Assembly (NCBI RefSeq): GCF_964194155.1
Contig: NC_135883.1
Coordinates: 34,286,001-34,350,000 of the forward strand
Direction: 5' to 3'
Length of the DNA stretch: 64,000 bases
From: Cetorhinus maximus
Taxonomy: Eukaryota
Below, one piece after another: positions 63,466-64,000 of the stretch; within the stretch, counting starts at the first letter, position 1, and each line of letters starts with the position of its first letter. The translations under genes were made by a program, and so were the position numbers. The notes beneath the pieces were generated by a model, which searched no databases, was not told the DNA's origin, and worked only from the letters and a program-made list of their open reading frames with translations.

Positions 63466-63644
63466 CGAAGTCCTAAAAATGAGTGACTTCTACAGAAGAG
63501 GCACTTCCTCAGGACTTGTTAGTCTGTAGACCCTGTAAATAAATTAGAGGATCTCCTCTTGGGTAGCAATCTACTATCATCATGCTCCAGTTCCTTCGTT
63601 CTTGTGAGCACAAAATTCACAATGTGGCTGCAGGGAACTGAGAA

Positions 63645-63995
63645 GACGATGGCGTAGTGGTAATATCACTGAACTGGTAATCCAGAGGCCCAGGCTAATG
63701 CCATGGATTCAAATCCTACCACGACAGCTGGTAAAATTTAAATTAAATTAATAAAACCTGGAATTCAAAGCTATTCTCAGCAATGGTGACAATGAAGCAA
63801 TCATCAGTTGTCGTAAAAACTCATCTGGGTCACTAATAATGCCCTTTAGGACGAAATTTGCCATCCTTACCTGGTCTGGCCTACATGCTCACATCAATTT
63901 GGCTGACTCTTAATTGCTTACCAGGGCAATTTAGGAATGGGAAACAAATGCTGGCCTTGCCACTGACTCCCACATCCCGTGAAAGAATAAGAAAC
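63645..63995 (+). mobile_element. tRNA-derived SINE (same family as 47194-47598)
   Basis: A box tggcgtagtggt, B box ggattcaaatcc; tail agggcaatttagg...aaatgctggccttgcc...cccacatcccgtgaa. Confidence 0.85.
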
Positions 63996-64000
63996 AATGA

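Noticed and set aside
63645-63730. tRNA gene (also 47194 and 56093)
   Set aside because: A/B boxes run into SINE cores and tails, with no intact cloverleaf
58208-64000. ADI1 exon 2
   Set aside because: No LDAD...Y-WMDI-like exon found; the region is mostly LINE/SINE debris, so the exon presumably lies beyond the window

Overview
Vertebrate genomic DNA, most likely from a cartilaginous fish (inferred from the repeat complement: CR1, Penelope, RTE, L2 and DeuSINE-type elements). Three conserved single-copy genes can be reconstructed exon by exon. (1) The 5' part of RPS7 on the minus strand: 5'TOP exon 1 and coding exons 2-3; the rest lies left of the window. (2) A complete 8-exon RNASEH1 on the plus strand (17187-43491, 834-nt CDS, 277 aa, all catalytic residues present). 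(3) Coding exon 1 of ADI1 (58091-58207). The order and orientation match the human 2p25.3 block. Most of the remaining sequence is decayed, often nested transposable elements: CR1, L2, RTE and another CR1-group LINE, Penelope-like elements, solo LTRs with target-site duplications (TSDs), Harbinger and hAT DNA transposon remnants, and tRNA-derived SINEs. Most of the supplied short ORFs are pieces of these. The most notable non-gene signal is a family of minimal type I hammerhead ribozyme motifs in the Penelope termini (six loci, one with an intact core). I found no convincing wholly new biological system; the findings are variants of known phenomena or testable hypotheses.
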